This document shows positions 24,993 through 34,778 of a stretch of DNA of 35,651 bases, piece after piece. The DNA comes from a virus. Its lineage: Duplodnaviria; Caudoviricetes. A program made the position numbers and the translations under genes. Within the stretch, counting starts at the first letter, position 1. Every line of letters begins with the position of its first letter. The DNA lies in the IMG/VR virus record IMGVR_UViG_3300020045_011719, positions 1 through 35,651 of that record; one strand, 5' to 3'. The notes below the pieces were generated by a model, which did not search any database, was not told the DNA's origin, and worked only from the letters and a program-made list of their open reading frames with translations.

Positions 24993-27584
24993 ATGAAATC
25001 ATTTATAACTCCTGCATACACCTTTACACCTGGAGTCTCCGGTGTCGGGACTGTTAATTTAACAGGCATAACGGACTTCAATGTAAAGAAGTTGGTTTCA
25101 ATTATTAATCAGACCAGAGGAGAGATAATCTATTCTACTGCTTCGACTGATTTAAAATACACCAACGTTTCAGGTACAACCATTACGCTCAATAAAGACA
25201 CAAGCGCCATGAGTTCGGGTGATGTCTTGCAGGTTATATACGAGTCAAGCGATGCTGTTCTGGCAGGATACGTTTCCAATGACGGTACAACAAAAGGTGC
25301 GCCACTTACAGAAAACGGTGCCCTTGGAGTTGGAAATGGTATGATAAAATTCAGAGATGGATTTGCATCACTTGCCCAGCTTGAAGGCCCTGATTCGGCT
25401 ATTTGGGACACTGAAATTGTGAACCAAGGAAGCTCCTTTATCGGAAGAGGAGGCACTACGCTTGGCTCTGCTTACATGAATATGTCGATGTGTCCGCTAA
25501 CTGCTAACTCAGAGATTAAAATGATCTCTAAGCAGAGCTATAAGCTTCCATTTAGATATATGTTCCTACCTTCATTCTCTCAAAGAAAATGGGGCGAAGA
25601 GTTCGAGATATCTTTTGTTGGCGTGGATGAAAGTGGTGCAATTGAAACACTTACACCTAAAGCCGATGTTGCAATAAGTGGTTCAATAGTTGCTGCGAGT
25701 AACGTTATAACTGTTGTAACGGCAACTGCTCACAATTTTCAACCAGGCGATAGAGTTATAATTGCAGGGTGTCTAGATGGAAGATTAAATACCGTGCCTA
25801 CTGCAATTACAACAGTTTTGGATGATTTTACTATTACTATGCCTCTGAACATTTCAAATGGTACGTTTAGCAATACGGCCGGTGGATTTGTTAAGTGGCT
25901 TGATCATAGTTCATACTCTAAAAATTCAGGTGGGTTTGTTTTTGAAAACACTACTGCGACCAATGGAACTTTCTTTTCAAGAAGAAATGGATTCAATACG
26001 AGATATTTAAACACAACCGTTTCAACTCTGAATGCCAATCAGTTATCATCATCGCCTCACGGTGATTCTTTCAACGCTGGCTCCAGGTTTGAACTTTATG
26101 TAAACCAGGAAGAGTTCTTTCATAGCTCAAGATCAGCTGACTCAATTAACGCGGGCTCTGGTTTCAACAAATATACTCAAGGCTTACCTGACGAAGAGAA
26201 GTCTTATAAGATAATGATAAGGGCAAAGGTTTTAGAGACGGTTTCTCGCCCAATAGCCAGAATTGTTTCTATTTCTAAAGTCGGCACAACTCAAGCCACA
26301 GTAACTACCGATGTGCCTCACAATTTAGCACCTGGGAGTTTTGTTCAAATATTTGGAGTAAGAGATACTGTTAACTTTCCCAACCTTGTTACTCAGACAG
26401 TTGTTGCAACTACTCCAAGCACCACTACGTTTACCTTGGCAGTAGGCTCTGCTTCCACCGCTACTGCTACTGGCGGCTGCGTGATTCTTGTAAACGCAGG
26501 AATTCAAAACCCTTCGATGAATAACGTTGTTTTACAGAGTATAACAAGAACAAATAACATTATGGGTGTCGTCTTTAATGCGACTCCTTCAACTACTCCG
26601 TTACCTGGATCATGGGTTAATATTTACGGGTGTAATGCCACTTCGCTTGGGCTTTATGATGGAGTTTATCAATTCTTAAGATCATCTGGAGCAACATACT
26701 TTCTTCGCTCAGTGGGCGCAAACTTCGGAACCATTAACTGTAGCGGTGTACTGATTCAAAGAACAGACTTTAGGCTCCATGCTATTTCTATGATTGAACA
26801 CACAAGGCTTATGGTAGATATTGCTGGACAACAAGGGATGGCAGACGCCTCAAAGACATTGCCAGTAGTGCCAGTGTCTCTTCCGACTCTTCCATCACTT
26901 TCTTCTTGCAATATAGCAGCTCCAGGAACTATTCAAGATCAAGCTTCGGCTACAATAATTTCTACGACTACGAGTGGAGTCATTTCGCCAGCCAACGGCA
27001 TGAGCCAGAACTTCATGATAAACATCACTGCTGTCAGTGGAACTAATCCGACAATGGATTTAAGAATTGAAGAGTCGGACGACAACGGAACAAACTGGTT
27101 TCCTGTTTATGATTTCCCAAGAATAACCGCAGTTGGGATCTATAGGTCTCCAACGGTGGTTTTAAAGGGGACAAGGATTAGATATGTACAAACAATAGGC
27201 GGTACTTCGCCAAGCTTTACAAGGATATACACTAGGCTTCAAACACACTTTGGTGCTCCTTTGTTAAGACAGTTTATCGATAGGACTATCGTTCCAAACA
27301 CGCTCAACTCAGTAACTCCAACCTATCACATTGAGGGCTCGGAATCTATTTATGCAAATGTCAGATGTGGCGCTCAGACAACCGCTGCGACAGTCGCTTT
27401 TGAATTCTCAGATGATGGAGCAAACTGGGTAATAGACACAGTAACGGTAAGTACCGTGGCAAGCTCAACAGTTTCGTTAAAGACCACGTGTCCTCAATGG
27501 AGACTTGCAAGATTAAAAGTAACCACTGCAGGAACAGGGATAACTCTAGGGGAAGTCACTATTAAGACTCGTGGAGAAATGTAA
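24993..27584 (+). CDS. large multidomain fibre/adhesin-like virion protein
   Basis: 863 aa, Thr/Ser-rich. Repeated T..AHN(F/L)xPG..V.I.G beta-barrel modules and two C-terminal (E)SDD(N)GxNW modules. Confidence 0.65.
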   Translation: MKSFITPAYTFTPGVSGVGTVNLTGITDFNVKKLVSIINQTRGEIIYSTASTDLKYTNVSGTTITLNKDTSAMSSGDVLQVIYESSDAVLAGYVSNDGTTKGAPLTENGALGVGNGMIKFRDGFASLAQLEGPDSAIWDTEIVNQGSSFIGRGGTTLGSAYMNMSMCPLTANSEIKMISKQSYKLPFRYMFLPSFSQRKWGEEFEISFVGVDESGAIETLTPKADVAISGSIVAASNVITVVTATAHNFQPGDRVIIAGCLDGRLNTVPTAITTVLDDFTITMPLNISNGTFSNTAGGFVKWLDHSSYSKNSGGFVFENTTATNGTFFSRRNGFNTRYLNTTVSTLNANQLSSSPHGDSFNAGSRFELYVNQEEFFHSSRSADSINAGSGFNKYTQGLPDEEKSYKIMIRAKVLETVSRPIARIVSISKVGTTQATVTTDVPHNLAPGSFVQIFGVRDTVNFPNLVTQTVVATTPSTTTFTLAVGSASTATATGGCVILVNAGIQNPSMNNVVLQSITRTNNIMGVVFNATPSTTPLPGSWVNIYGCNATSLGLYDGVYQFLRSSGATYFLRSVGANFGTINCSGVLIQRTDFRLHAISMIEHTRLMVDIAGQQGMADASKTLPVVPVSLPTLPSLSSCNIAAPGTIQDQASATIISTTTSGVISPANGMSQNFMINITAVSGTNPTMDLRIEESDDNGTNWFPVYDFPRITAVGIYRSPTVVLKGTRIRYVQTIGGTSPSFTRIYTRLQTHFGAPLLRQFIDRTIVPNTLNSVTPTYHIEGSESIYANVRCGAQTTAATVAFEFSDDGANWVIDTVTVSTVASSTVSLKTTCPQWRLARLKVTTAGTGITLGEVTIKTRGEM

Positions 27585-27775
27585 TGTTACAAAAAACAGG
27601 TGAGTGCTTCTATAGAGAGGAGGATGGCTCGTTATGGCAAGCCACCTCTTATGTTAATCCTGACACAGGTAGAGTCATGAGTATTAGTGTCTTCATAGAG
27701 GCAGCAAAGATTGAGGAGCCAGAAATAATCCCTTACGACATAGGATACATAGATGAAAATACTATTCAACAATGA
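27584..27775 (+). CDS. hypothetical protein
   Basis: TAATG coupling, GGAG upstream, 63 aa. Confidence 0.55.
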   Translation: MLQKTGECFYREEDGSLWQATSYVNPDTGRVMSISVFIEAAKIEEPEIIPYDIGYIDENTIQQ

Positions 27776-28547
27776 AGACATAACAAGGTTTGTCGAAAGA
27801 CCTGACAGTAAGTCAGTAGTCAAAAGCATTACACCGACGGATGTTATTTATATAGGAACCGACTTCCCATTTAACCATTTCTACCTGAAGATGGGTACAG
27901 CATCGAACACTGTAAGTGCTGTGATGAAAGTCGAATATTACGGAAACGGCTGGAATGAAGTTGTTCAGCTAACAGACGAGACAAATTCACTCTCTAGTAG
28001 CGGCTTCGTTAAGTTCACACCTAATAAGAATAGTGCCTGGAATCTTGTATCTGACTCACAAGAAATAGGAATTACCAATATCAATTACAACAAGTATTGG
28101 ACTCGAATAACGTTCGATCAAGAGCTCTCAAGTGACATTGAGATATCATACATAGGGAATAAATTTAGCGACGATGAGGATTTGTTCTCGGAGTTTCCAG
28201 TATTCAATGACTCTAATTTCATGAAGGCGTTTCAGCTTGGCAAGACAGATTGGGAAGAGCAAACAATTAGGGCTTCAGACATAATTATCGAAGAGCTGAT
28301 AAAGAAAAAAGTCATTGTTTCGGGTAATCAAATATTAGACATATCGAGATTTAGAAGTGCGTCAATAAGCAAGACAGCCGAGATTATATTCTCTTCATTT
28401 GGGAATGACTACATCGAGCAAAAGGACGCTGCCAGAAAGGAATACTTAAGCAGATTAGACATGAGCAGTTTTTCTGTTGATTCAAACAATAATGCGATCC
28501 TGGAGCCTGTTGAGATTGTTTCCAGGGTAGGATGGCTTTCAAGATGA
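27753..28547 (+). CDS. head-tail adaptor-like protein with extra N-terminal beta domain
   Basis: Helical C-terminal half (FSDDEDLFSEFP...RASDIIIEEL...ARKEY...VDSNNNAIL) and position before the terminator and tube genes. Confidence 0.55.
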   Translation: MKILFNNEDITRFVERPDSKSVVKSITPTDVIYIGTDFPFNHFYLKMGTASNTVSAVMKVEYYGNGWNEVVQLTDETNSLSSSGFVKFTPNKNSAWNLVSDSQEIGITNINYNKYWTRITFDQELSSDIEISYIGNKFSDDEDLFSEFPVFNDSNFMKAFQLGKTDWEEQTIRASDIIIEELIKKKVIVSGNQILDISRFRSASISKTAEIIFSSFGNDYIEQKDAARKEYLSRLDMSSFSVDSNNNAILEPVEIVSRVGWLSR

Positions 28548-28996
28548 AGATAGATCAAGCCTATGACGCAATAGTATCTAAATGTAAAGATCTCTTTCCC
28601 GACAAGGCAAGACTTCACAATCCGTATGAGTTGTCAGACAACCCAGAGCTGGTGACTAAGGATGCCTGGGGAATTAAAGTTAGTGGAGCATCTAGAGAGA
28701 GCTTCGACTTCTGTAATTTAACCATATCTAGAAACTTCACATTTGTTCTCACGAGGCACTTTCCAACTGTAGGGGCAAAGGAGGATGCTTTTGATTGTGT
28801 TTCAAAAGACCTTCTCATGGATCAACAAACTTTCATGAACAGCTTTTTTTCTAGTGACGAATTAGGGATAGGAAGTATCATAGATATAATAGATTTCGAG
28901 TCCATTAGTGGAATTGACTTTATTCAAACAGATAAAAAGAATTATTTGTTTTGCGAAATAGGCTTCAAAATAACGTTAAGTGATCAAGTAAATTAG
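28544..28996 (+). CDS. putative tail terminator / completion protein
   Basis: About 150 aa alpha/beta protein immediately upstream of the tail tube gene. ATGA overlap. Confidence 0.55.
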   Translation: MKIDQAYDAIVSKCKDLFPDKARLHNPYELSDNPELVTKDAWGIKVSGASRESFDFCNLTISRNFTFVLTRHFPTVGAKEDAFDCVSKDLLMDQQTFMNSFFSSDELGIGSIIDIIDFESISGIDFIQTDKKNYLFCEIGFKITLSDQVN

Positions 28997-29007
28997 GAGA
29001 ATTTTCC

Positions 29008-30504
29008 ATGGTAGGATTAACAAGAGCGTCAGTTTTCTCGCTTAAAAAAGAAACGACATCTGGAACTTATAACCCTCCGTCTACTGGAAGCGATTTCGTA
29101 CCATTAAGACCGGGTAACTCTACATCATATGAGCCAGAACAATTGAGCAGTGATGAGCTTTTAAATGATATCGGTACGGCCAAATCTTTCGTTGGTAAAG
29201 AGGTCGTTTCAGGTTCACACTCGGCTTACTTGAAGCATTCTGGGGTTGAAGGGCAAGAGCCTCAGCTTGGAGTTCTATATGAATCAGTTATGGGGACTAA
29301 GCATATAACCGCAACAGAAAGAGACACTGTTGGTGTTTCAACTACAACTGCATTGACAGTCGGAGCTGGAGAGGGGGCAGAGTTCCCAGTTGGTAAAGCA
29401 GTCATGATTAAAAATGGCTCTGGATACCAAATAAGGAACGTTAAGTCAGTCGCTGGTGATGTTTTAACATTAAACTTCTCACTTCCTAGCACTGTTCCGG
29501 CCTTAACTAATCTTGGAAAGGGTGTTACTTATATACCTGCAGCTCAAAATCACCCTACATTTTCAACAACAAAATACCTTGGTAACGGATATGCAAAAGA
29601 AGTTACTGCAGGAAATACAGTCACAGAAGCATCTTTCACAATGGATGCAAATGGATTTGGAGAAGTAGAATTCTCTTACGAGGGAACTAAGTATTTCTTC
29701 AACCCAATCACTATCACATCAACGAATAAATTCTTAGATGTCACGGATGACACTGGAACATTTGCTGTTTCTATTGCAGAGAAAATCTACAAGACTCCAG
29801 TTGAACTTGCAGATGCTCTACAAGCTGCTTTAGAAGCTGCAAATGCTGAGTCTTACACAGTAACATTTTCAAACTCTACTGGTAAGTTCACAATTGCATC
29901 TACGACAAATACAGTCTTATCACTTCTTTGGTTAACAGGAACTAATGCTGCTAACTCGATCGGCTCTACCCTTGGTTTTGTTGTATCAGCTAACGATACT
30001 GGAGCATTGACTTACACTAGTGATAACGAACTATCTTATACAGCTGCCATCTCTCCTTCGTATGATAATGCTGAAGCAATCATCATTAAGAATGCTGAGT
30101 TGTTCATTGGTAATCAAGTAGACAATATCTGTATCTGTGCTCAAACGGTTTCATTAACTGTATCAAAATCAGTTGAAGACGTTGACTGTATCTGTGAAGA
30201 GTCTGGGATTCTAGAGAAGATACCAACAGAAAGAACTGTTGAGATGACAGTGACAGCTGCCCTTAAGAAGCATGACGTTTCATTACTAGATGCTCTTCTT
30301 AAGAACTCTGGTATATCTGCAATGATCAATGCCGGCCCTAAGACTGGTGGAAACTGGACTCCTGGAAAGTGTTTCAATGCTTATGTTGCAAACTGTACGG
30401 TATCGGCTTACACTACCGAAGGTGACTCATTCATTACAGCTAACATTACTTTAAAGGGATTTGTATCAAGCACAGGCAAAGACTTGTACTTGAACTTTAT
30501 TTAA
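29008..30504 (+). CDS. major tail tube protein with inserted domains
   Basis: KKETTSGTYNPP N-terminus, SSDEL, ERTVEMTVT tube-type motifs. AGGAGA RBS. Upstream of the chaperone and tape measure genes. Confidence 0.8.
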   Translation: MVGLTRASVFSLKKETTSGTYNPPSTGSDFVPLRPGNSTSYEPEQLSSDELLNDIGTAKSFVGKEVVSGSHSAYLKHSGVEGQEPQLGVLYESVMGTKHITATERDTVGVSTTTALTVGAGEGAEFPVGKAVMIKNGSGYQIRNVKSVAGDVLTLNFSLPSTVPALTNLGKGVTYIPAAQNHPTFSTTKYLGNGYAKEVTAGNTVTEASFTMDANGFGEVEFSYEGTKYFFNPITITSTNKFLDVTDDTGTFAVSIAEKIYKTPVELADALQAALEAANAESYTVTFSNSTGKFTIASTTNTVLSLLWLTGTNAANSIGSTLGFVVSANDTGALTYTSDNELSYTAAISPSYDNAEAIIIKNAELFIGNQVDNICICAQTVSLTVSKSVEDVDCICEESGILEKIPTERTVEMTVTAALKKHDVSLLDALLKNSGISAMINAGPKTGGNWTPGKCFNAYVANCTVSAYTTEGDSFITANITLKGFVSSTGKDLYLNFI

Positions 30505-30506
30505 CT

Positions 30507-30797
30507 ATGGAAAAAATTACTTCAAAGGGCGTTCTTAAATACAGAATGCCCAACATTTTAGAAGCGTATGACCTTTTGGAAGCCAGTGGAGTTTCCACTG
30601 GAAACACTAGCGTTATTAAGCTTAAGAGAAATATCATAAAGGAAATGAGTCCATTGATTGACTTTACATCAATAGAGGGGATTTCTTCTTATGAAGAATT
30701 GTTACAGGATATGGATTCATTCGTCCTTGCCTTAAGTGAGATTGCCGATGAGGTAACTCAAAAGGCATTCGGGGCTTTAAAAAAAAGGCAAGAATAA
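30507..30797 (+). CDS. tail assembly chaperone (lambda gpG analogue)
   Basis: Between tube and tape measure genes. Ends in the slippery run T TTA AAA AAA AGG. Confidence 0.8.
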   Translation: MEKITSKGVLKYRMPNILEAYDLLEASGVSTGNTSVIKLKRNIIKEMSPLIDFTSIEGISSYEELLQDMDSFVLALSEIADEVTQKAFGALKKRQE

Positions 30798-31066
30798 AGG
30801 ACGCTGTTTCCGTTGCAGTAAATAAGATATCAAAAGATCAACTCCTAAACCTAGTTGATCTAAACGAAGAGGATATCGCCTTTGGAATGACTGTTTCCAC
30901 CAAGTGCGATGAGATTTTAAGAGTGGCAAAGGATGTCGCTTCTTATGCTAACTTTAGAAGCATGACAAAGCTCGGGATTAGTGTAGGTTTAAATGACCTG
31001 CCGTTTGAAAAAGCTATGGTCTTCTCATGGATACAAGAGGAATTAGATAATGGCAGAAAAAATTGA
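30507..31066 (+). CDS. -1 frameshift-extended tail assembly chaperone (gpGT analogue)
   Basis: The -1 frame is open from the slip site (30776-30786) to TGA 31064-31066 (KARIKDAVSVAVNK...FEKAMVFSWIQEELDNGRKN*) and fills the gap left in the ORF track. Confidence 0.75.
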
Positions 31067-33122
31067 GTTTAATCTTGCAGTCCCAAAAAACGACCTAGAT
31101 AAAGCCCTTGATCAAGGGATTAAAAAAACAGAACAACTGGAGTCTACCCTTTCAACTGCACTTGCTGTATTTGGTGGTAATCTTATCACTAAAGGATTCG
31201 ATGCTTTAGTTGGTGGTCTTAATGATATAATAGGTCTTGGGAAAGAGGCAGTATCGGAAGCCGCCGCTCAAGAGGTCGCAACAAACAATTTAAACAACGC
31301 TCTTGCTAGAAGAGGGAATTACACCAAGGAAGCAAGTGACGCTATGTTGGCTTTTGCAGATACAATGCAATTGACAACCAAGTACGAAGACGATGCTATT
31401 CTTGCCAATGCAGCACTATTAGAATCTCTAACAGGTTTAAGCTCCGAGGGATTAAAAAACGGAATTACCGCTGCCAGTGATTTTGCCACCGTTTTAGGTA
31501 TAGATCTAGAGTCGGCAACGAGACTGGTAGGCAAAGCAGCTGAGGGCAACGTTGAGGCTTTTAAGAGATATGGCGTAGAGATTAAGAAGGGATCTTCGGA
31601 TGCAGAGACTTTCAAGAATACACTTACTGAGCTAAATAAACAATTCGGTGGAGCAGCTCAATCTCAACTAAATACATTCTCAGGATCACTTACAGCGGCT
31701 CAAAATTCATTTAAAAACCTGTTAGGTACACTAGGGCAAGTAATAGTCAATAATCCAATAGTGATCGGTTTATTCAATGCCATCAAGGATACCCTTGGGG
31801 AGTTAAATGGAGAAGCCGGAGGGACAGTTGATGCGTTGAAAGATTTAATTAAAGACGGAATACTGGGAGCAGCTGTCGGAGCACAGTTATTGCTAGATGT
31901 CTTTAGTCAAATCACCATTGCCATGAAGGGCGCTGTTAATGTTTTTCAAATAGTCGGTGGGCAAATACTCATCTCGCTCGTAGATCCAATTGAAGCTCTA
32001 ATTGATGGGATAATCTTTCTTGGAAGCAAAATACCAGGAATAGGTGATGAGTTTAAAGGTCTAGAAAATCCACTCAAGTCAGCAACAGATGCGCTTAGAA
32101 ACTTCACACAAGACGGTATACAAGGACTGTCTAAAATAGACGAAGGTAATGTCTTTTCAAAGCTATCTGGTGGGATAGAGACATTTACAACCAAGATGCT
32201 AGACAGTGCTTACGAAGCCGAACAGGCTGCATTGAAAACCAAGAACGCTAAGAACGGTACTCTTGACAATGAAAATGATGTTAATGCACAAATACTGGCA
32301 TCAAGGCAAACTTTAATTAACGATATTAAGATACTAGAGGAGCAAAACAGAATAGAGCAAGATGCATTAACAGCACAGCTGGATGCACTTAGCCTAGAGA
32401 GTGAGGCTGCTCGAGATCAAGCAAAAATAGATGCTGTCTATAATCAAAAGATAGCCGAGGCTCAAGCCACGTACGAGGGAGAGTTGTTAAAGAATAAAGC
32501 CATTGCGGACGCTGAGCAGATGAAACTTGCAAATCAGAAGGCGTTTGAAACTCTCTCATTGGCATCTCAAAAGGCTTTCAGCCAAAGAGAGATAGATCAA
32601 AAGATAAAGGCAAATAAAGACAAAGACGACCTTTCAAAACAAGAGCTGAAGGATAAGGAAAACTTTTATTCGGCCGCCACTTCTCTTCAAAATTCAAACA
32701 ACAAGACGCTTGCAGCTGTCGGAAAGGCTTTTGCTATCCAGCAAGCGACAATGCAAGGATACCAAGCTATCCAATCATCTTATAATTACGGTGCTCTTTT
32801 GGGTGGTCCGCCTGTTGCGGCTTTATTTGCAGGGATAGCAGCCGCCGCAACCGCTGCCAATGTTGCCAAGATAGCTGGGGTGCAGTTTGAAAATGGTGGA
32901 TTCATAAATGGGAGCAATGGCGCAACAATGGGGCCTGATAACACCATAGCCTCTGTAAGATCGGGCGAAATGGTTCTCAACGCCAGCCAGCAAAAGACAC
33001 TTTTCGATGCTATTAACAATGGCGGTCTTGGAGGCGGTCAAATAGTTGTGCAGATAGATGGGCGCGAGGTTTTTTACGCCGTAAGAAGGCAAATAGAAGG
33101 CGGAGCAAGGCTTTACGTTTAG
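31050..33122 (+). CDS. tail tape measure protein
   Basis: 690 aa, Ala/Leu-rich helical. LVGKAAEGNVEAFKRYG; C-terminal FENGG...GPDN...VRSGEMVLN...VQIDGREV. Confidence 0.9.
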   Translation: MAEKIEFNLAVPKNDLDKALDQGIKKTEQLESTLSTALAVFGGNLITKGFDALVGGLNDIIGLGKEAVSEAAAQEVATNNLNNALARRGNYTKEASDAMLAFADTMQLTTKYEDDAILANAALLESLTGLSSEGLKNGITAASDFATVLGIDLESATRLVGKAAEGNVEAFKRYGVEIKKGSSDAETFKNTLTELNKQFGGAAQSQLNTFSGSLTAAQNSFKNLLGTLGQVIVNNPIVIGLFNAIKDTLGELNGEAGGTVDALKDLIKDGILGAAVGAQLLLDVFSQITIAMKGAVNVFQIVGGQILISLVDPIEALIDGIIFLGSKIPGIGDEFKGLENPLKSATDALRNFTQDGIQGLSKIDEGNVFSKLSGGIETFTTKMLDSAYEAEQAALKTKNAKNGTLDNENDVNAQILASRQTLINDIKILEEQNRIEQDALTAQLDALSLESEAARDQAKIDAVYNQKIAEAQATYEGELLKNKAIADAEQMKLANQKAFETLSLASQKAFSQREIDQKIKANKDKDDLSKQELKDKENFYSAATSLQNSNNKTLAAVGKAFAIQQATMQGYQAIQSSYNYGALLGGPPVAALFAGIAAAATAANVAKIAGVQFENGGFINGSNGATMGPDNTIASVRSGEMVLNASQQKTLFDAINNGGLGGGQIVVQIDGREVFYAVRRQIEGGARLYV

Positions 33123-33163
33123 AATTTAACTAGTCAATAGTTACGACAAGGATTTCAATTAGC

Positions 33164-33919
33164 ATGACACTAAAACTATACAATGAAAATTACGTAGAAC
33201 AATCAACCATAACAGCAAGCTCACAGAACGCTTTATTTCCAGCATCTAATCTTAAAGACTATAGGCGCTCTAAGGTGTTTAGAAGCACTTCAAATAGTGA
33301 TCACCTGCTATTGGATATGCAAGAGACAAGCTTAATTACAAGCGTGTTCATAGTGGCAGATAAACGCTCTGGCTTCGGTGTCTCAACTGTCACCGTTCAA
33401 TTTAATGCAACCTCGGATTTCACGTCTCCAGCATTTAGCATAATGGTTCCATTCTCCGTAAAGTTTGGGGTCGGATATGTTGAGTTTCCACAAATTGCGT
33501 ACAGGTTTGCCAGGATAGTGATGACCTCAACGCTTGGGTATTGTGAGCTGTCTAAGGTTTACATAGGAAAACCTCTTGCCTTAAGCCGTTCAATCAATTT
33601 TGGATGGACGATTAAAGATGAGGAGCTTTCCTCTAAACAGAAAAACAGATATGGGCAGTTGTTTGTTGACGTTATAGCCAGACAAAAGACCATTGGGTTT
33701 GCCATGAATCTTATGAATAAGGATGATCTAGATATCATCAATGAGTTGATAGATTCAAAAGGCGAAACTAAGCCGTTTTACATGATGCTTGGATGTGCAG
33801 AAATGACCAATGACAATAGAAGATTCTCCGGTCCTGTTTATTTAAACGACATTCCAACTATAACCAATAGCAGTTTTAATAAGTACGCACTTTCCATGTC
33901 AGTTTCAGAGGTTATGTGA
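33164..33919 (+). CDS. distal tail protein-like, with N-terminal discoidin/galactose-binding-like domain
   Basis: First gene after the tape measure. ASSQNALFPASNL..RSKVFRS...LLLD N-terminal domain; Dit-like C-terminal part ending MSVSEV. Confidence 0.6.
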   Translation: MTLKLYNENYVEQSTITASSQNALFPASNLKDYRRSKVFRSTSNSDHLLLDMQETSLITSVFIVADKRSGFGVSTVTVQFNATSDFTSPAFSIMVPFSVKFGVGYVEFPQIAYRFARIVMTSTLGYCELSKVYIGKPLALSRSINFGWTIKDEELSSKQKNRYGQLFVDVIARQKTIGFAMNLMNKDDLDIINELIDSKGETKPFYMMLGCAEMTNDNRRFSGPVYLNDIPTITNSSFNKYALSMSVSEVM

Positions 33920-34362
33920 GGATATTAACTAACGAGTTAACGGATACACTTGAACAGGTTTTTACCTACAACCTAAACAAAAGGGCGCATATTGCTGCCA
34001 TTTACCCTTATCTGTTAATGCATAACGCCCCAACAGGTACATTCAAAATACAGCTTATCAGAGATTCAGTTGTCTTGCTTGAGGATGAGTTTACAAGTTC
34101 CGACATAAAGGTATCTGTTTCGACCTCCAGCGATTATGTTCATGCTTTTTATCCGATCATACCACTTAATCCAATTCAAATAGAAAAGGGAATTTACACT
34201 TTGAGACTTACAGCTCAAGATTATATCAGAACAACTAATTCATATCTGGGTTGGTGTCAGCAATTCGAAGACATCCAAAACCAGATTAGCTATGCCCCGA
34301 CCGATGACACTAAAAACAGCTTGGCATTTAGACTTAAGCTGTACAAGGAAGGTACTGAATGA
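33916..34362 (+). CDS. putative tail protein
   Basis: GTGA overlap. Beta-sandwich-like pattern (IEKGIYTLRL). Confidence 0.55.
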   Translation: MRILTNELTDTLEQVFTYNLNKRAHIAAIYPYLLMHNAPTGTFKIQLIRDSVVLLEDEFTSSDIKVSVSTSSDYVHAFYPIIPLNPIQIEKGIYTLRLTAQDYIRTTNSYLGWCQQFEDIQNQISYAPTDDTKNSLAFRLKLYKEGTE

Positions 34363-34778
34363 GATCGCTGGATTTTGCAGACGGATTCACAAGCTCAACC
34401 GCACCAACAATTATGAGCGTTAACACTCAAGAGGATTACACCATCAATAACGGTGCAAGTGCAGTCACTTTATTGACACTAGATAATGCTCAATACTCAA
34501 GTGCCTTTATAACATTCGACCTAACAAGAATAGGAAGCGAAGGAACATTCAGACAACAAGGAAGCATGTTTATTGCTCATGACGGAACTCAATGGGTGCA
34601 GAGTTTTGGTAATTTTCATATGAATGACATGGTGACAGACGAAACTCCAACTGTTGAAAAGGTTAAAATATATCTCACAAACGCCGGTTCAATTGGTTCA
34701 TTAAAATACGACTCGGGCACAATGGGGGCGACGTACTCAGGCAAAATCTCCATGAACATAACAAGGGTTAGTAAATGA
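34359..34778 (+). CDS. putative tail protein
   Basis: ATGA overlap. Beta-rich, with N-terminal LDFADGFTSSTAP. Confidence 0.55.
   Translation: MRSLDFADGFTSSTAPTIMSVNTQEDYTINNGASAVTLLTLDNAQYSSAFITFDLTRIGSEGTFRQQGSMFIAHDGTQWVQSFGNFHMNDMVTDETPTVEKVKIYLTNAGSIGSLKYDSGTMGATYSGKISMNITRVSK

Noticed and set aside
509-33741. Numerous 60-130 aa antisense or nested ORFs in the track (e.g. 805-1206, 21110-21409, 25130-25456, 31319-31615)
   Set aside because: They overlap longer genes with recognisable motifs and lack RBS or motif support.
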